In this document: positions 8,451-10,726 of the stretch, in pieces
How positions within the stretch are numbered: the first letter of the stretch is position 1
Layout: every line of letters starts with the position of its first letter
Assembly (NCBI GenBank): GCA_034408725.1
Contig: JAWXCN010000155.1
Location: 1-10,726, forward strand
From: Candidatus Hydrogenedentota bacterium
Lineage (GTDB): Bacteria > Hydrogenedentota > Hydrogenedentia > Hydrogenedentales > SLHB01
Direction: 5' to 3'
Length of the DNA stretch: 10,726 bases
Notes under the pieces: model-generated
What the model was told of the DNA's origin: nothing
The model's database searches: none
The model's input: the letters and a program-made list of their open reading frames with translations, nothing else
Translations under genes and position numbers: made by a program

Positions 8451-8507
8451 GACATGAAATCCTTATCGCTATCCGCCGAAGCGGGAAACGCTCAAACCTG
8501 TTTCAGA

Positions 8508-8708
8508 CTACTTGCCGTACGGCAGCAGAATCTTCAGCCGCTGAAATTCCGCGTCGCTCGTCAACGTCGCCTTGCGCAGCGAACGCTTCCTCTTCTGGCT
8601 CTTGTGCGTCAGCTTGTGCCGCACAAACGCGCTGCTCCGCTTAAACTTGCCCGAGGCAGTCCGCTTGAACCGTTTCGCGGCGGCCTTGTTCGTCTTCATT
8701 TTCGGCAT
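8508..8708 (-). CDS. rpmI: 50S ribosomal protein L35
   Basis: 66 aa, [21 protein letters not shown]...[15 protein letters not shown]...LLPY. AGGAG SD. Lies between infC and rplT. Confidence 0.98.
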   Translation of the reverse strand: MPKMKTNKAAAKRFKRTASGKFKRSSAFVRHKLTHKSQKRKRSLRKATLTSDAEFQRLKILLPYGK

Positions 8709-8842
8709 TGCTCTCTCCTGGGTACTGGCGGAATGCTTTCGCCGGTTTGGCGCTTCGTTGCCAAACCGTCAAAAGGCCGCCGTTGCCGTATATCGTTTCA
8801 GTCTTCGTGCCGGTTACGTCATTCCATCCGGCGCGAACGGGA

Positions 8843-9373
8843 TTATTTCGTGGGCGACAGCACCACCACCATCTGGCGGCCTTCAAGCCGCGTCCTGCTG
8901 GCATCGTACTGTTCCTGGCACAGGTCCTTCGTGCCTTCGATCACACGGGCAAGAATCTGCTGCCCAAATTCCGGGTGCGCCATCTCTCGCCCGCGGAAGG
9001 TAATCGTCACCTTGACCTTGTTCCCTTCCTGCAAAAACTCGCGCACGTGGTTCGTCTTGTAGTCGAAGTCGTGATCATCAATTTTCGGACGATACTTGAC
9101 CTCTTTCACATGGATAATCGTCTGGTGCTTGCGCGATTCCTTGACGCGCTTGCTCTGTTGGTACTTGTATTTCCCATAGTCCATGATGCGGCACACTGTC
9201 GGCGACGCATTCGGCGCTACTTCCACCAAGTCCAGCCCCCGCTCCGATGCGTCTCGTAACGCGTCCTGCGGTGACATGATCCCCAACTGATTTCCCTGTT
9301 CGTCAATGACGCGCACCTGTCGGCCAAGAATCTGCTCATTAACCCGTACGCGCTGTTCAACCGGCTTCGCGAT
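8843..9373 (-). CDS. infC: Translation initiation factor IF-3, with a non-canonical ATC start
   Basis: IF3 motifs RVNEQI, VRVIDEQGNQLG, LDLVEVAPNASPTVCRIMDYGKYKY, KEVKYRPKIDDHD, KVKVTITFRGRE. AGGAGG (9382-9387) lies 8 nt before the in-frame ATC (9371-9373). An in-frame TAG at 9386-9388 rules out any start further upstream. Confidence 0.95.
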   Translation of the reverse strand: MAKPVEQRVRVNEQILGRQVRVIDEQGNQLGIMSPQDALRDASERGLDLVEVAPNASPTVCRIMDYGKYKYQQSKRVKESRKHQTIIHVKEVKYRPKIDDHDFDYKTNHVREFLQEGNKVKVTITFRGREMAHPEFGQQILARVIEGTKDLCQEQYDASRTRLEGRQMVVVLSPTK

Positions 9374-9444
9374 AACCAGAACCTCCTATTGGCCGTGATG
9401 TCTATCCATCCGCCCGCAACGGGCCACGGCGCCCGTGCAAGCAC

Positions 9445-9484
9445 AAAAAAACCGCGGCAGAGAACACACCTGCTCTCTGCCGCG
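9445..9484 (-). terminator. Intrinsic terminator (attenuator) in the infC leader
   Basis: Perfect 11-bp stem CGCGGCAGAGA/TCTCTGCCGCG (9474-9484 with 9453-9463), 10-nt loop, followed by G and a U7 tract (9445-9451). Confidence 0.88.
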
Positions 9485-9565
9485 AACACTATTGTTCGTC
9501 GATTTTGACCCTGCACCCAGGCCCGAAGGCCGCGGCAAGGTGAGAAGCAGGCGCTTCTACTTGCG
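9445..9565 (-). ncRNA. Ribosomal protein L20 leader-like cis-regulatory RNA
   Basis: Begins AAGUAGAAGCGCCUGCUUCUCACCUUG...GCAGGGU, resembling my recollection of the Firmicutes L20 leader (AGAAGC-loop-GCUUCUCACC). The second stem is capped by C(UUCG)G and the element ends in a terminator. It lies directly upstream of infC-rpmI-rplT. Confidence 0.82.
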
Positions 9566-9579
9566 TTACAACATGTGAA

Positions 9580-9609
9580 AGTGTACCAGACCCCCGGAAA
9601 GGCTGTCAA
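9580..9609 (-). promoter_or_regulatory. Sigma70-type promoter of the infC operon
   Basis: TTGACA (9604-9609), 18 nt spacer, TACACT (9580-9585) with a TG extended -10 element. Confidence 0.8.
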
Positions 9610-9662
9610 ATCGGACTTATCGCTAAAAAGCGATTCCGTTGCTCCAGATTTCCATACTCCGA

Positions 9663-9671
9663 TGCTATACT
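9663..9671 (+). promoter_or_regulatory. Putative extended -10 promoter (TGcTATACT) for the DUF433 gene
   Basis: TGCTATACT lies 21 nt upstream of ATG 9693, divergent from the infC promoter. Confidence 0.5.
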
Positions 9672-9692
9672 CGAATGGAACGTAGAACAGAC

Positions 9693-9917
9693 ATGGAATA
9701 CGCGGATCGAATCACCCTCGAGCCTGGCAAGCGGGGCGGCAAGCCTTGTATACGCGGAATGCGAATGACCGTCGATGACGTATTGTAGTATCTCGCCTCT
9801 GGAATGACGGAAGAGGAAATACTACAAGACTTTCCATATTTACAACACGAGGATATATTGGCTTGCCTTAGCTACGCTGCGGAACGTGAACGGGTTGCCA
9901 TAACTATTTCTTCGTGA
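9693..9917 (+). pseudogene. DUF433-family (VapB-type antitoxin-like) gene interrupted by an in-frame TAG
   Basis: Manual translation MEYADRITLEPGKRGGKPCIRGMRMTVDDVL*YLASGMTEEEILQDFPYLQHEDILACLSYAAERERVAITISS matches the DUF433 pattern (GGKPCIRGxR...G.T.EEIL..FP.L..EDI.A.L.YA). TAG is codon 32 (9786-9788). Confidence 0.88.
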
Positions 9918-9928
9918 GCCATGATTCA

Positions 9929-10726
9929 TTAGGAGTTACGCGGCGTCCACCCGTAACTCTCCAACCGCACCTCGCATCGGCCATCCTCGTACAAATCGAC
10001 CAGCGCATAGCTGGGGTGGAATTCGTGGTACGCGCCCTTCCACCAATTGCCCGACACCGCGCCGTTGCAGGCATACTTCACGCCGAGATAATCAATTGTA
10101 TCGACCATGTGCATGTGCCCGGAAAGGCACACGCGGACGTTGGGATATTGTTTGAACAGGTCTTTGATCCGGTGGGAGTCAAGATGTACCCATGAACCGG
10201 GAATCTGCCAATCTCGCGTGGGACGTTCTTCAATACACAGGTACGCCGACGCGGATACGATGGGGATGTGGCTGACAACGCAGACCGGCGTATCAGCGGC
10301 CGTCTGCTGAAGTATGGCTGCGAGCCATTCAAATTGGCCGTCGTCGAGCCTGGCGATATAGCTGTCGTCCTGCGGATACGTGCTGTCGAGAAAGATGAAT
10401 TGCCAGCCTCCGCGATTCAGCGTGTAGCAACGGCCCGGAAGAGCATATGCATCCACCGCCCACTGTTTGCCCGCGACGGGATCGTTGCCAAGCACGTCAT
10501 GGTTGCCGATGCAGCACGCATACGGAAGCGAACATTCTGATCTCAGCACGCTACGCCAAAGGTCAAGCTGCAGCGTTGCCCGGTCACGCCCCGCATCGCT
10601 ATCAACGCTCATGACGTTGTCTCCACCGAAAATCAAAAACTCCGGCGCATCGCGAAGCTCCTGCACATGCCGCAGACAAGTTGCCATTCCGTCGCCCGCC
10701 CCACGTTCCGGCTGCACATGCACATC
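9929..10726 (-). CDS. Calcineurin-like metallophosphoesterase (Icc/CpdA-like), 5' end outside the window
   Basis: Reading from the window edge gives DVH (DxH motif), then GGDN, GNHD, SHIP and GHMH, i.e. all five metallophosphoesterase motifs. Stop TAA at 9929-9931. Confidence 0.9.
   Translation of the reverse strand, partial: DVHVQPERGAGDGMATCLRHVQELRDAPEFLIFGGDNVMSVDSDAGRDRATLQLDLWRSVLRSECSLPYACCIGNHDVLGNDPVAGKQWAVDAYALPGRCYTLNRGGWQFIFLDSTYPQDDSYIARLDDGQFEWLAAILQQTAADTPVCVVSHIPIVSASAYLCIEERPTRDWQIPGSWVHLDSHRIKDLFKQYPNVRVCLSGHMHMVDTIDYLGVKYACNGAVSGNWWKGAYHEFHPSYALVDLYEDGRCEVRLESYGWTPRNS

Noticed and set aside
8473..8484. CCGC-UUCG-GCGG hairpin between rpmI and rplT as a terminator
   Set aside because: The stem is only 4 bp and has no U-tract, so it is at most a stabilising tetraloop.
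116..9259. Many long plus-strand ORFs (e.g. 1518-2228, 2519-3355, 3355-3996, 4045-4665, 7671-8423, 8454-9062)
   Set aside because: They are antisense shadows of well-supported minus-strand genes in GC-rich DNA and have no recognisable motifs.
9786..9788. Genome-wide TAG reassignment as the explanation for the DUF433 internal stop
   Set aside because: rpmI (8508-8510) and holB (4739-4741) end in TAG at their expected C-termini, and no other gene here has an internal TAG.
9914..10195. ORF overlapping the DUF433 stop (GTGA) as the cognate toxin
   Set aside because: It has no PIN/DUF5615-like motif and lies almost entirely antisense to the metallophosphoesterase.

Overview
GC-rich bacterial chromosomal window made mostly of one co-directional housekeeping cluster on the minus strand. 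In transcription order it runs: sigma70-type promoter, L20-leader-like attenuator with intrinsic terminator, infC (non-canonical ATC start), rpmI, rplT, hisA, tyrA, tmk, holB, a repeat-containing AT-rich spacer, PSP1/RicT(YaaT)-family gene, tatD, a pabB-pabC fusion, and uvrC (truncated at the left edge). To the right lie a divergent, AT-richer DUF433-family antitoxin gene with an in-frame TAG and no toxin partner (absent from the ORF track) and a 5'-truncated calcineurin-like metallophosphoesterase. I see no CRISPR array, transposase, tRNA or rRNA. I found no clearly novel multi-gene system. The best leads are the L20-type RNA attenuator, the ATC start of infC, hisA/tyrA joined directly to rplT, the composite G/C-tract repeat, the interrupted orphan DUF433 gene and a probable leaderless uvrC. 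All family assignments come from recognising motifs by eye, not from database searches.
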